64,000 nucleotides of DNA from an uncultured Candidatus Binatia bacterium (GTDB lineage Bacteria; Desulfobacterota; Binatia; UBA9968; JAJDTQ01): assembly GCA_965213675.1 (NCBI GenBank), contig CBDCAF010000018.1, forward strand, positions 7,840-71,839, written 5' to 3'. Below the pieces are notes generated by a model. The model was not told the origin of the DNA. It saw only the letters and a program-made list of their open reading frames with translations, and did not search any database. Of this stretch, positions 53,462 to 63,182 are shown piece after piece (positions within the stretch are counted from its first letter, which is position 1; each line of letters opens with the position of its first letter). The position numbers and the translations under genes were made by a program.

Positions 53462-53842
53462 ATGACCTACCGAGAGCCATTGCCCCCTGGATGTCCGCCG
53501 AACCCCGCGGACGAAATCAACCTGCCACGTGAGCTGTTCCGGTTGGTGCGGAGCCTTCCACCCGCCGCAGAGGACTTCAGATCGTGGCGCGCGGAACAAC
53601 CGCAACGCGGTTTACCGAAGGAGTTGACGGAGTGCCAAGCCCGGGGACTGTCGGTCTATGCAGAGCGCTACGACCTGGAGAGCATCTTGAAGCTCCCGAA
53701 GTTCCGCGGACGTTGGATCTGTCGCCTGCGGCTGGGAGCGGGCGCGGGCCGGATTCAACAGACGGGGAGACCTTCGCACCATACTTGGTGGCCGCTGGCT
53801 GATTACGATTTCCTCGGCCAGTGTCACGTGGAAACGGCATGA
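53462..53842 (+). CDS. Hypothetical protein translationally coupled to drmA
   Basis: 126 aa. Its stop overlaps the drmA ATG (ATGA at 53839-53842). Composition resembles the flanking DISARM genes. No motif recognised. Confidence 0.55.
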   Translation: MTYREPLPPGCPPNPADEINLPRELFRLVRSLPPAAEDFRSWRAEQPQRGLPKELTECQARGLSVYAERYDLESILKLPKFRGRWICRLRLGAGAGRIQQTGRPSHHTWWPLADYDFLGQCHVETA

Positions 53843-56800
53843 GTACGATCCGTTACACCGCCAGTCTGCTGTACTACGACGGCCCACAGATCATCGAAGC
53901 CCGCGACGATGAGGGTCACGATTATCTGGCGTTGTTGGTGGAGAGTGACGGGGAAGACCGCTATCTGGCCGTGGAGGTTGCCGCTGATCGGTTGCACCAA
54001 TTTCGCAATGGTTCGCTGGACTTGAGGACGCTGCTGACCGAGTCGGCGAAGAATGGGTGGTATCTGACGACGACCGCGGATCTCGATCAACCGTTGACGA
54101 TTGTGCGCCAGCAGACGCCGGTCGGGGAAAGCGGATTTCTTCCCGCGGACGGCTTTGTGCTGCATGAATTGGGCTCGCCCGTTGAGCGCAAGCAAGAGAG
54201 CGTTGAGATGCCCACGAGACCGCCGAAGCTTGCCGACTCCGCTGAAGCGCGCGCCGAAATCACCCGCGCCCTCCGCCTGGACCTCGTCGGCCCCGGCGCG
54301 GACGGCTATCTCGCCGACGAGCAACTCCCCGGTTGGGTGCGTCCGTCCAACTGGTACCTCACCGGCTTCCTTGTTCCACGCTATGCCGGCTTTGAGCAGC
54401 GCGCCGATGCGGACTCGGACGATGAGATGGAGCCGGAGGTCTGCGAGGACATAGGCGCTGGCGACGACTCCAGCGAAGACCGTCGTGCCGCCAAGGCGGG
54501 GTTCTTTCCGTCGTCCATGGGTTTGAGCTTTCTCGCGGCGCCGGGGACCGACCGTGTCACCGCGGTCGTGCGCTGGGGCGACTACCGGAAGGTCGAGGGC
54601 AAGGTTTCCGCTGAAGAGGGAAGCGAATTGCCGGTTCGGTGGCAACGCACGCGGTGCGAAGCAACCCTGTCCATGGTCTTGCCGGAAGACAATTCGCCGC
54701 GGCATCTGCCTGTGCCCCACTCACGGGGCCTCGAAGTCCACGTCGTGGCCCGGACCATGGACGCGAGCCTCTTTGCCGGGAAGATCGCTCGGGACACGCG
54801 CTCCGTCTCCGTATTTCTGGTCAACGCCCGAGCACCGGCCGAGGACGACCGGCGGGACGAGGCATTTGCCTTTCAAGCACAGATCGAAGTGCAGTCCGAT
54901 GTCCCTTTCGCCGTGCGGCCCGACCTTCGCCCTGTATCGGGCGACAACTGGGATGAACGGGTGGCCGACCTGCACTATGCCGATGTTCCCGAGTATGCTT
55001 CCGGGCACGGCGTGGCAGCGACTTGGGAGGTCCGGGGCGGCGCCTGTCATGCCTTGCGAACGGACTGGACGCCCATCGCGGAAGTGGAGCATACCGAGCC
55101 GCTCACACACCTTGCCCGAACCGAACTGGACATGACTGCGCTGGGCCGGCTCGCCGATGGCGAGGCCGTGCGAACGGCTCTGATGCCGCTGGTATCCGGA
55201 TACCGTGAGTGGGTCGAAGCGCATGCACTCGGAGACCTCCCGGAGCAGCGGAAAGAGGTCGCTCGGGAGTTGCTGCACCGTGCCCGCCTGGCGGCAAGGC
55301 GCATGGAAAAGGGCATCGGCGTACTGGCCTCCGATGTGGAGGCGCGAGATGCTTTCTGCATGGCCAACCGGGCCGTCGCTGCGGCATTGGCGCGGCGCAT
55401 CGAAGACCCTCCCCGGTGGCGCGCCTTCCAACTCGCATTCGTGCTGTTGAACCTGCCCGGAATCGCCGACCCTTCCGATCCCGAGCGCGAGATCGTCGAC
55501 CTGCTGTTTTTTCCCACCGGCGGCGGCAAGACCGAGGCGTATCTCGGTCTGGCGGCCTTCACCATGGCGTTGCGGCGGCTGCGCAACCCTGCGGACAACG
55601 GACGCGCTGGCGCCGGCGTCAGCGTCATCATGCGGTATACGCTACGCCTGTTGACACTGGACCAACTCGGTCGCGCCGCCGCGCTGGTGTGCGCGATGGA
55701 ACTTGAACGTAAACGCGATGTTGAACGCTACGGCGTGTGGCCGTTCGAGATCGGCCTGTGGGTCGGCAAGGCGGGCACTCCCAACTGGCTCGGCAAGAAG
55801 GGCGACCGCAATTCGGATTCCGCGCGTGCCAAGGTCAACCGGTACAAGGACAATCCGCAGGCTCGGCCCATACCCATCCCGCTGGAGAACTGTCCCTGGT
55901 GTGCCCACAGGTTCACGCCCGATTCCTTTGCGCTGCTGCCGAACGCCGACGCGCCCACGGATTTGCGCATTTCTTGCTCGAACTGGGAATGCGAGTTTTC
56001 CGGCGACCCGCCGCTTCCTATCGTTGCTGTGGACGAGCCCCTGTACCGGCGTCTGCCGGCCTTTCTGATTGCCACGGTGGACAAGTTCGCGTCTCTGCCT
56101 TGGGTTGGACAGTCCGGGGCGCTGCTCGGCGGCGCGGACCGCTTCGATGACGAAGGGTTCTACGGCGCCGCCGACCCGCGAACAGGGAATCCGCTCACGA
56201 CGCCGTTGTTGCCGCCCGATCTGGTGATTCAGGACGAGATGCACCTCATCTCCGGGCCGCTCGGCACCATGACCGGCTTGTACGAGGCGGCCATCGAGAC
56301 GCTGTGCGTGCGCGAGGCGGAGGGCCGGATCGTAAGGCCGAAGATCGTCGCCTCTACCGCCACCGTGCGGCAGGCCCACGAGCACATCCAGGCGCTTTTC
56401 GCCCGGCCCGACACCCAGGTGTTTCCGCCGCCGGGGCCGGACCGTCGCGATTCGTTCTTCGCCCGCACGGTCCCGGCCGCTGAGAAGAACGCTCGTCAGT
56501 ACGTTGGCGTCGTGGCCCAGGGGCGCAACCCCAAGGTGGTGATGCGCCGGGTGCTGCTGGCGCTGATGGCCGCGGCGGAGCGCGTCTGGCGGGACGCCGG
56601 CGGCCCGGGCAACAAGCAAAATCCCGCCGACCCGTACATGACGGCTCTCGGCTACTTCAACAGCCTGCGGGAACTCGGCGGGGCACGGCGGATTCTGGAA
56701 GAGGAAGTGCAGAATACGCTGAAGGGCTACAGCAACCGCAAGCGGCTCAATGAAGCGACGAGTCTGTTCCGTGATCGCACACGGTTCTCGGACGTAGTGG

Positions 56801-57621
56801 AGCTCACGTCGCGGGTCAGCGCCGACCAGGTGGCCGTGGCGCGCCGGCGGCTGGAACGTCCCTTTTTTGATGACGAGCACAACGAGCGGGTGGACTGCGC
56901 CATCGCCACCAACATGATTTCCGTGGGACTGGATATCCAGCGGCTGGGGTTGATGGTGGTGAACGGACAACCGAAGACTCATGCCGAGTACATTCAGGCC
57001 ACCAGCAGGGTGGGGCGGGACGACAGCCGCCCGGGGCTCGTGGTCACGCTCTATAACGTCCACAAACCGCGGGACCGGTCCCACTACGAGCAGTTCCTGA
57101 ACTACCACAACACGTTCTATCGTTCGGTGGAGGTCGTCAGCGTGACCCCCTTCGCCGCGCGGGCGCTGGACCGAGGTTTCGCGGGCGCGCTGGTCGGACT
57201 GGCCCGGCATGGCCGTTCGCGGATGACGCCACGGACTGGCGCGCAGGACATCGAAGCAGAGCGCGCGGTGCTGGAGCCCCTGCTGCTTCACGCTTTCGAG
57301 GAGCGAGTGCGCGGCCAGCCGGTTCAGGACGACGCGGAACGCGACGAGCGGCTGCGCAGCGTTCGGCGTCGCGTCGGCGACCTGCTCGATTCCTGGACCG
57401 CCATTTGGCAGGACTACCGTGCCAGCGGCGCGGCCATGCAGTACCAGCGTTATGAACGGGGGGGCGTGGAGAAACCGTTGCTCAGGGACATGCTGGATGC
57501 GGATTTCGAGTCGGAGCACCACAGGAAGTTTTGCGCCAACCGCTCGCTCCGCGATGTCGAGCCCGCGGTGGACCTTTACGTGCAGGACCTCCCAAGCGCC
57601 CTGGATGGGGGCGGTGGATGA
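53839..57621 (+). CDS. drmA: DEAD/DEAH-type helicase, DISARM DrmA-like
   Basis: Contains LFFPTGGGKTEAYLGLAAF, VIQDEMHLISGPLG, ASTATV, IATNMISVGLDIQRLGLMVVNGQPKTHAEYIQATSRVGR. Confidence 0.8.
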   Translation: MSTIRYTASLLYYDGPQIIEARDDEGHDYLALLVESDGEDRYLAVEVAADRLHQFRNGSLDLRTLLTESAKNGWYLTTTADLDQPLTIVRQQTPVGESGFLPADGFVLHELGSPVERKQESVEMPTRPPKLADSAEARAEITRALRLDLVGPGADGYLADEQLPGWVRPSNWYLTGFLVPRYAGFEQRADADSDDEMEPEVCEDIGAGDDSSEDRRAAKAGFFPSSMGLSFLAAPGTDRVTAVVRWGDYRKVEGKVSAEEGSELPVRWQRTRCEATLSMVLPEDNSPRHLPVPHSRGLEVHVVARTMDASLFAGKIARDTRSVSVFLVNARAPAEDDRRDEAFAFQAQIEVQSDVPFAVRPDLRPVSGDNWDERVADLHYADVPEYASGHGVAATWEVRGGACHALRTDWTPIAEVEHTEPLTHLARTELDMTALGRLADGEAVRTALMPLVSGYREWVEAHALGDLPEQRKEVARELLHRARLAARRMEKGIGVLASDVEARDAFCMANRAVAAALARRIEDPPRWRAFQLAFVLLNLPGIADPSDPEREIVDLLFFPTGGGKTEAYLGLAAFTMALRRLRNPADNGRAGAGVSVIMRYTLRLLTLDQLGRAAALVCAMELERKRDVERYGVWPFEIGLWVGKAGTPNWLGKKGDRNSDSARAKVNRYKDNPQARPIPIPLENCPWCAHRFTPDSFALLPNADAPTDLRISCSNWECEFSGDPPLPIVAVDEPLYRRLPAFLIATVDKFASLPWVGQSGALLGGADRFDDEGFYGAADPRTGNPLTTPLLPPDLVIQDEMHLISGPLGTMTGLYEAAIETLCVREAEGRIVRPKIVASTATVRQAHEHIQALFARPDTQVFPPPGPDRRDSFFARTVPAAEKNARQYVGVVAQGRNPKVVMRRVLLALMAAAERVWRDAGGPGNKQNPADPYMTALGYFNSLRELGGARRILEEEVQNTLKGYSNRKRLNEATSLFRDRTRFSDVVELTSRVSADQVAVARRRLERPFFDDEHNERVDCAIATNMISVGLDIQRLGLMVVNGQPKTHAEYIQATSRVGRDDSRPGLVVTLYNVHKPRDRSHYEQFLNYHNTFYRSVEVVSVTPFAARALDRGFAGALVGLARHGRSRMTPRTGAQDIEAERAVLEPLLLHAFEERVRGQPVQDDAERDERLRSVRRRVGDLLDSWTAIWQDYRASGAAMQYQRYERGGVEKPLLRDMLDADFESEHHRKFCANRSLRDVEPAVDLYVQDLPSALDGGGG

Positions 57622-59447
57622 ACGGCAACGAACGCGGGCAGATACGCCGCAGCCAGGTCATCACGACGTTCGGGCCGGGCGCGTTGATCGACCTGCCGCG
57701 ACACTCCGCCATCGTCGGCGGACTGGAGACCTGGAGCCCGGACCTGGAGGAAATAGCCGAACCGCGGCTCACGGCGAAGCTGATGCAGATGACGGGGGTT
57801 CCCCACCCCCGGCTCTACGCTCCTCCACCGGAGCAGCGGAGGCCGTTGGACAAGAAGCGGAACATCGGCGCGTGGCGCTTTCCGGAGTGGTTCGTGGTGC
57901 AGGAGGGCAACTGGGACGGCCGGAACTCCCGCTCCCGGCGTCTCGTGCATCGCAAGGCGCTGAACCCCAAGGGAAGATTCGAGATCCTCGACGACAACGG
58001 CAGGCGTGCCGGCAACGACGTGGTGGCCACCCGTTTTGTCCGCGCCTGCGCCCGAGGCCATGTGGACGACATCGACTGGTACGCCTTCGTGCACGGCGGC
58101 AACGACCCATGCCGGCGACAGTTGTGGCTGGACGAACGCGGCACCAGCGGCGACCTGGCGGAACAAGTCGTTCGTTGTGAATGCCGTAAGCAGCGGCGCA
58201 TGTACGAGGCCACGCGGTTTGAGGATTTCCCCTTGGGGGTTTGCAGTGGCGCGCGGCTCTGGCTGGGCCGCCACGCCAGGGAGGAATGCCATGAGCCGAG
58301 CCGGCTGCTGATCCGCACCGCGTCGAACGCCTGGTTCCCTCAGGTCGTGAGCGTGCTGTCGTTGCCGGACCGAGGCAGTAAGGTGGAACAGGCGGTCGAA
58401 GCGATCTGGGACCGGCTGCAGATCGTTGACGATGCCGCCGGTCTCGGCTTCGTGAAGAAATACCCGGAGGTGGCCACGCGGCTGGCGCCGTTCCCGGACC
58501 AGGATGTGCTGGACGTGATCGCGGCCCGCCATGCCGGAGGGTCCGCCGGTTCGCGCCCCATCAAACGCGCCGAGATGGATGTCCTGCTCGCGGCAGCCGA
58601 GGGTTACGGCGATGACATGGCTGTCGACCCCGACTTCCACGCCCGCCGCCTGCCGGACTCGGCTTGGCGCCGTTCGGGGCGGTTCGATGCCGTCGAAGCA
58701 GTGATCCAGGTCCACCGGCTTCGGGAAGTGCTGGCGCTAGCCGGGTTCACGCGACTGGAAGCCGTGATGCCCGACGTGGACGGGGAGTACGACGCCACCG
58801 TCGAGCGGGCCGACATCGCACGGGAGCCGCAGTGGTTCCCCGCGGTCGAAAACCGCGGCGAGGGCATCGTGGTGCAACTCCGGGCCGAAAACGTGCGGGA
58901 GTGGCTGGGACGGGATGCGGTCAAGACACGGCTCGATATCCTGATGGCCGGACACGACGCCTGGGCGGAGAAACAGAGCGGAAGGCGCTCCACACCGCCA
59001 CAGTTTCCGGGCGGACCGTACGTGCTCCTGCACACGCTGGCGCATCTGCTGATTCAATCATTGTCCCTGCGGTGCGGCTACCCGGCCGCTTCCATTCGCG
59101 AACGCATCTTCGTCGATCCGGCCGGCGCCCGGCATGCTTTGCTTCTCTATACCGCGACGCCGGACGCCGAAGGCACCTTGGGCGGTCTCGTGCAGCAGGC
59201 GCGCGATGTCGAAGCGCATCTCCGCCAGTCTCTGGAAGCCGGAGCGCTGTGCTCCAACGATCCCGTCTGCGCCGAGCACGTACCCGGCGACAGCATGGAA
59301 GAACGTTGGCTGCACGGCGCCGCCTGCCACGGCTGCGCGCTCATCGCGGAGCCTTCCTGCGAGATGCGCAACGAGTACCTGGATCGCGCGCTGGTGGTGC
59401 CGACCCTCCAGGCGCGGGCCGCGGCTTTTTTTGACGTCCTCGTCTGA
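57618..59447 (+). CDS. drmB: DUF1998-domain protein, DISARM DrmB-like
   Basis: The ATG overlaps the drmA stop (ATGA). Contains RRSQVITTFGPGALIDL, LLHTLAHLLIQ, PDAEGTLGGLV and the C-terminal Cys cluster CHGCALIAEPSCEMRNEYLDR. Confidence 0.8.
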   Translation: MNGNERGQIRRSQVITTFGPGALIDLPRHSAIVGGLETWSPDLEEIAEPRLTAKLMQMTGVPHPRLYAPPPEQRRPLDKKRNIGAWRFPEWFVVQEGNWDGRNSRSRRLVHRKALNPKGRFEILDDNGRRAGNDVVATRFVRACARGHVDDIDWYAFVHGGNDPCRRQLWLDERGTSGDLAEQVVRCECRKQRRMYEATRFEDFPLGVCSGARLWLGRHAREECHEPSRLLIRTASNAWFPQVVSVLSLPDRGSKVEQAVEAIWDRLQIVDDAAGLGFVKKYPEVATRLAPFPDQDVLDVIAARHAGGSAGSRPIKRAEMDVLLAAAEGYGDDMAVDPDFHARRLPDSAWRRSGRFDAVEAVIQVHRLREVLALAGFTRLEAVMPDVDGEYDATVERADIAREPQWFPAVENRGEGIVVQLRAENVREWLGRDAVKTRLDILMAGHDAWAEKQSGRRSTPPQFPGGPYVLLHTLAHLLIQSLSLRCGYPAASIRERIFVDPAGARHALLLYTATPDAEGTLGGLVQQARDVEAHLRQSLEAGALCSNDPVCAEHVPGDSMEERWLHGAACHGCALIAEPSCEMRNEYLDRALVVPTLQARAAAFFDVLV

Positions 59448-59480
59448 TACGCCATGAAATCGTCACTTCCGCCTCGCCCC

Positions 59481-59600
59481 CGTCATTCCCGCGAAAGCGG
59501 GAATCCAGGGGCGGTGGTGGGGCAGCCAGACCGATGAACCCCATCCCTGTATTCCCGCTTTCGCGGGAATGACGGAAGAGGGGTGCGGGAATGACGGAGG
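59481..59600. repeat. REP-B repeat cluster: two mutually inverted hairpins plus a half-site
   Basis: cgtcattcccgcgaaagcgggaat (59481-59504), attcccgctttcgcgggaatgacg (59551-59574), gcgggaatgacgg (59585-59597). Confidence 0.85.
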
Positions 59601-59739
59601 GATGGAGACGGATGGAGATGACCCTCGAATATGCCTGGGTGTACGGGTACGTTAGTTGACATCCCCTCCGCCCATATACTACGCTTTGCTTCCAGCCTCG
59701 GCATGGCTTTCCGGACGACATTGTAGGCGGCGATGCTTC

Positions 59740-60150
59740 ATGGGTAGCGAGACACTCTGGCCGCTGGGCCTTTACTTTCTGATGGCTCTCGTTGTGGCGG
59801 GAAGCATGATCGGGCTGTCGTTCGTCCTCGGCGAGCGGCACTCGGATCGCGCCACCGGGCAGCCCTACGAGTCCGGCATCCTCTCCACCGGCTCGGCGCG
59901 TGTGCGCCTTTCCGTGAAGTTCTACATCGTCGCGATGCTCTTCGTGATCTTCGACCTGGAAGCGGTTTTCATCTTCGCTTACGCCGTGGCTCACGAAGAG
60001 GTGGGTTGGTCGGGCTATGTCGGCATGGTGATATTCGTGGCGGTGCTGGTGGTGGGGCTGATCTATGAGTACCGCATGGGCGCGCTCGACTGGGAGCCCC
60101 TCCGTCTGAGACGGGCCAGGGCCGGTCGGGAAAGGATCGGTATTTCATGA
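59740..60150 (+). CDS. nuoA: NADH-quinone oxidoreductase subunit A
   Basis: Trimmed to [17 protein letters not shown]. Contains [22 protein letters not shown]. Confidence 0.9.
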   Translation: MGSETLWPLGLYFLMALVVAGSMIGLSFVLGERHSDRATGQPYESGILSTGSARVRLSVKFYIVAMLFVIFDLEAVFIFAYAVAHEEVGWSGYVGMVIFVAVLVVGLIYEYRMGALDWEPLRLRRARAGRERIGIS

Positions 60151-60779
60151 AGTGGTCGCTGTCCAAACCCCAGGCCGCGCAGGAACCGGGGAAGGGCGCC
60201 TTCGACGACGCCATGCAGCGGCTCCTGGTGATGGCGCGCCTGGACGACCTGGTGCGCTGGGGGCGCAAGAATTCGATGTGGCCCTTCCACTTCGGGCTCT
60301 CCTGCTGCTTCGTGGAAATGGCCACGAGCCTCACCAGCAAGTTCGACGTGGCCCGCTTCGGCGCCGAGGTCATTCGCGGTACGCCCCGGGAGGCCGACGT
60401 CATCGTGATCGCCGGCACCCCCTTCATCAAGATGGCGCCGGTGGTGCGGCGACTCTACGAGCAGATGATGGAGCCCCGCTGGGTGATCTCCATGGGCGCC
60501 TGCGCCAACTCCGGCGGCATGTACGACATCTACAGCGTGGTCCAGGGAGTGGACAAGATCCTTCCCGTGGACGTGTACGTGCCGGGGTGCCCGCCCGCTC
60601 CGTGGGCGTTTCTGGAGGCGTTGACGCTCTTGCAGAAGGCCGTGGGCAACGAGCGCCGGCCCCTGAGCTGGATGGTGGGCCCCCAGGGTGTGGAGAAGGC
60701 GGAACTGCCCGCCATGCGCGACGTGAAGCGGCCCGACCGGGTTCGAGCCACCAGCCTGCGTACGCCGAACGAAGTCTGA
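60147..60779 (+). CDS. nuoB: NADH-quinone oxidoreductase subunit B
   Basis: Contains [30 protein letters not shown] overlap with nuoA. Confidence 0.95.
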   Translation: MKWSLSKPQAAQEPGKGAFDDAMQRLLVMARLDDLVRWGRKNSMWPFHFGLSCCFVEMATSLTSKFDVARFGAEVIRGTPREADVIVIAGTPFIKMAPVVRRLYEQMMEPRWVISMGACANSGGMYDIYSVVQGVDKILPVDVYVPGCPPAPWAFLEALTLLQKAVGNERRPLSWMVGPQGVEKAELPAMRDVKRPDRVRATSLRTPNEV

Positions 60780-60893
60780 GTCTTCCGGTATCGCATTGAG
60801 GCCGATGAACACGGTGTATTCGACTTCCAGCAGGAATGACCGAATGATCGGCGCGACGCCTGCCTGGCGGGGAAAGGCGAGCGGGTCCGGACG

Positions 60894-62636
60894 ATGAGTG
60901 ACGCCGCGGTCGCCGAGCTCGAAGACCGTTTCGGCGCCGAAGCCTTCACGGTGCAGGAGACCGGTTCCGGTCTGCCCACCCTGTGGACGTCGCGGGACAA
61001 CCTCCCGGCATTCCTGAAGTTTCTCAAGACCGAGGTGCCGCGTCCCTTCGGCACGTTGTACGACCTTACGGCCATCGACGAACGCTTCCGCAAACACCGC
61101 GACGGCCAGCCCGAGAGCGACTTCACGGTCCTTTACCATCTCCTCTCCTACGACCGTAACGAGGATCTGTGCATCAAGGTGCCGCTGCCGGACGGTGACG
61201 CCGCGTTGCCCACGGCCACCGGCCTGTGGCCCTCGGCCAACTGGTACGAGCGCGAGGTCTGGGACATGTTCGGCGTGCGCTTCGACGGACACCCGGCGTT
61301 GCGCCGTATCCTCATGCCGCTCACTTGGCAAGGCCATCCGCTGCGCAAGGAGCACCCGGCCCGGGCCACCGAAATGGGGCCATTCCAGCTTTCCGACGAG
61401 CGTCAGGACCGGGAACAGGAGGCGCTGCGTTTCCGCCCCGAGGACTGGGGCATGAAGCGCACCCGCGAGGGCTCGGACTTCATGTTTCTGAACGTCGGTC
61501 CGCAGCATCCCGGCACTCACGGGGTCATCCGCATCATCCTGCAGCTCGACGGCGAGGAGATCGTCGACTGCCTGCCGGAGATCGGCTTCCATCACCGTGG
61601 CGCGGAGAAGATGGGCGAGCGCCAGTCGTGGCATTCGTTCATCCCCTACACCGATCGCATCGATTACCTTGGCGGGGTGATGAACAACCTCGCGTACGTG
61701 CTGTCGGTGGAGCAGTTGGCCGGCATCGACGTGCCGCATCGCGCCCAGGTGATTCGCGTGATGATGTGCGAGCTGTTCCGCATTGCCAGTCACTTGGTGT
61801 GGTACGGCACCTTCGCCCAGGACGTGGGTTCTCTTTCCGCGGTCTTCTACATGTTCAACGACCGCGAGCGCATCTTCGACATCGTACAGGCGGTGTGCGG
61901 CGGGCGCATGCACCCGAGCTGGTTCCGCATCGGCGGCGTCGCCCACGACCTGCCCAAGGGCTGGCAGGCCATGGTGAGGGACTTCGTCGACTACATGCCG
62001 GACCGGCTTGCGGAATACGACAGGCTCGTGATGCAGAACCGCATCTTCAAGGCGCGCACCCAGGGCATTGGCGCGTATTCGGCGGCGGAAGCCATCGACT
62101 GGGGCGTCACCGGCCCGGGTCTCCGCGCCTGCGGCTTCGAGTGGGACTTCCGCAAGAAACGGCCCTACTCGGGCTACGACCAGTTCGACTTCGACGTTCC
62201 CGTTGCCTGGAAGGGCGACTGCTATGACCGCGCGCTGGTGCGCATCGAGGAGATGCGCCAGAGCCTGCGCATCATCGATCAGTGTCTCAAGAACATGCCC
62301 GCCGGGCACTACAAGTCGGATCATCCCCTGGCCACGCCGCCGCGCAAGGAGCGCACGATGCACGACATCGAGACGCTCATCAATCACTTCCTCAGCGTGA
62401 GCTGGGGCCCGGTGATCCCGGCCGGCGAATCCTTCGTGGGCATCGAGGCGACCAAGGGCAACAACGGCTACCGCCTGGTGAGCGACGGCGGCACGATCCC
62501 GTACCGGGTGCGCATCCGCACGCCGTCCTTCGCCCACATGCAGATGGTCCCGCTCATGAGCCGCGGCGTCATGGTGCCCGATCTGCTGGCGATTCTGGGG
62601 AGCATCGACTTCGTGCTGGCGGACATAGACCGATGA
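60894..62636 (+). CDS. nuoC: NADH-quinone oxidoreductase fused subunit C/D
   Basis: The C part has [19 protein letters not shown]. The D part has [32 protein letters not shown]. Confidence 0.95.
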   Translation: MSDAAVAELEDRFGAEAFTVQETGSGLPTLWTSRDNLPAFLKFLKTEVPRPFGTLYDLTAIDERFRKHRDGQPESDFTVLYHLLSYDRNEDLCIKVPLPDGDAALPTATGLWPSANWYEREVWDMFGVRFDGHPALRRILMPLTWQGHPLRKEHPARATEMGPFQLSDERQDREQEALRFRPEDWGMKRTREGSDFMFLNVGPQHPGTHGVIRIILQLDGEEIVDCLPEIGFHHRGAEKMGERQSWHSFIPYTDRIDYLGGVMNNLAYVLSVEQLAGIDVPHRAQVIRVMMCELFRIASHLVWYGTFAQDVGSLSAVFYMFNDRERIFDIVQAVCGGRMHPSWFRIGGVAHDLPKGWQAMVRDFVDYMPDRLAEYDRLVMQNRIFKARTQGIGAYSAAEAIDWGVTGPGLRACGFEWDFRKKRPYSGYDQFDFDVPVAWKGDCYDRALVRIEEMRQSLRIIDQCLKNMPAGHYKSDHPLATPPRKERTMHDIETLINHFLSVSWGPVIPAGESFVGIEATKGNNGYRLVSDGGTIPYRVRIRTPSFAHMQMVPLMSRGVMVPDLLAILGSIDFVLADIDR

Positions 62637-62661
62637 ACAGCGAAGTCCGGGGGCACGGGAC

Positions 62662-63168
62662 ATGGCGAAGTCGAAGGACAGGGACGCGATGCTGACCGAA
62701 GACGAGCGCAGGAAGATCCGGGAGGAGGCCGCCCACTACGACCATCCACAGGCCGCGTGCGTGGAGGCGCTGAAGATCGTCCAGGAGCACCACCGCTGGG
62801 TGTCGGACGAGCATCTGAAGGAAGTGGCCGCGCTCCTCGACATGAGTCCGGAGGCGCTGGATAGTGTCGCCACGTTCTACAATCTGATCTTCCGCAGGCC
62901 CGTGGGCGAGAACGTCATCCTTTTGTGCGACAGCGTGAGTTGCTGGATTCTGGGCTACGACGGCATCCGTACCCATCTCAAGGAGCGCCTCGGCGTGGAG
63001 TCGGGAGAGACCACCACGGACGGCAAGTTCACGCTTCTTCCCATGGCCTGTCTGGGCACCTGTGACCGGGGGCCGGCGATGATGGTGGGTAACGAGCTTT
63101 ACCGTAATCTCGACAACGACAAGGTGGACGAGATTCTCGCCCGCTACCGGCACTCGTCGGGCGCCTGA
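62662..63168 (+). CDS. nuoE: NADH-quinone oxidoreductase subunit E
   Basis: Contains VATFYNLIF, LLCDSVSCW, MACLGTCDRGPAMMV. Confidence 0.9.
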   Translation: MAKSKDRDAMLTEDERRKIREEAAHYDHPQAACVEALKIVQEHHRWVSDEHLKEVAALLDMSPEALDSVATFYNLIFRRPVGENVILLCDSVSCWILGYDGIRTHLKERLGVESGETTTDGKFTLLPMACLGTCDRGPAMMVGNELYRNLDNDKVDEILARYRHSSGA

Positions 63169-63182
63169 GCGGACTGGACGAC

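Noticed and set aside
36893-59447. Prophage or integrative element boundaries (integrase, att repeats) around the defence island
   Set aside because: No integrase, recombinase or transposase motif and no obvious flanking direct repeats were seen by eye. Mobility therefore cannot be claimed from this window.
45383-60000. Search for a DISARM drmC (PLD nuclease, HxK(x)4D)
   Set aside because: No ORF in the supplied track for this interval shows a PLD motif, so drmC is treated as absent from the window. It could still be elsewhere in the genome.
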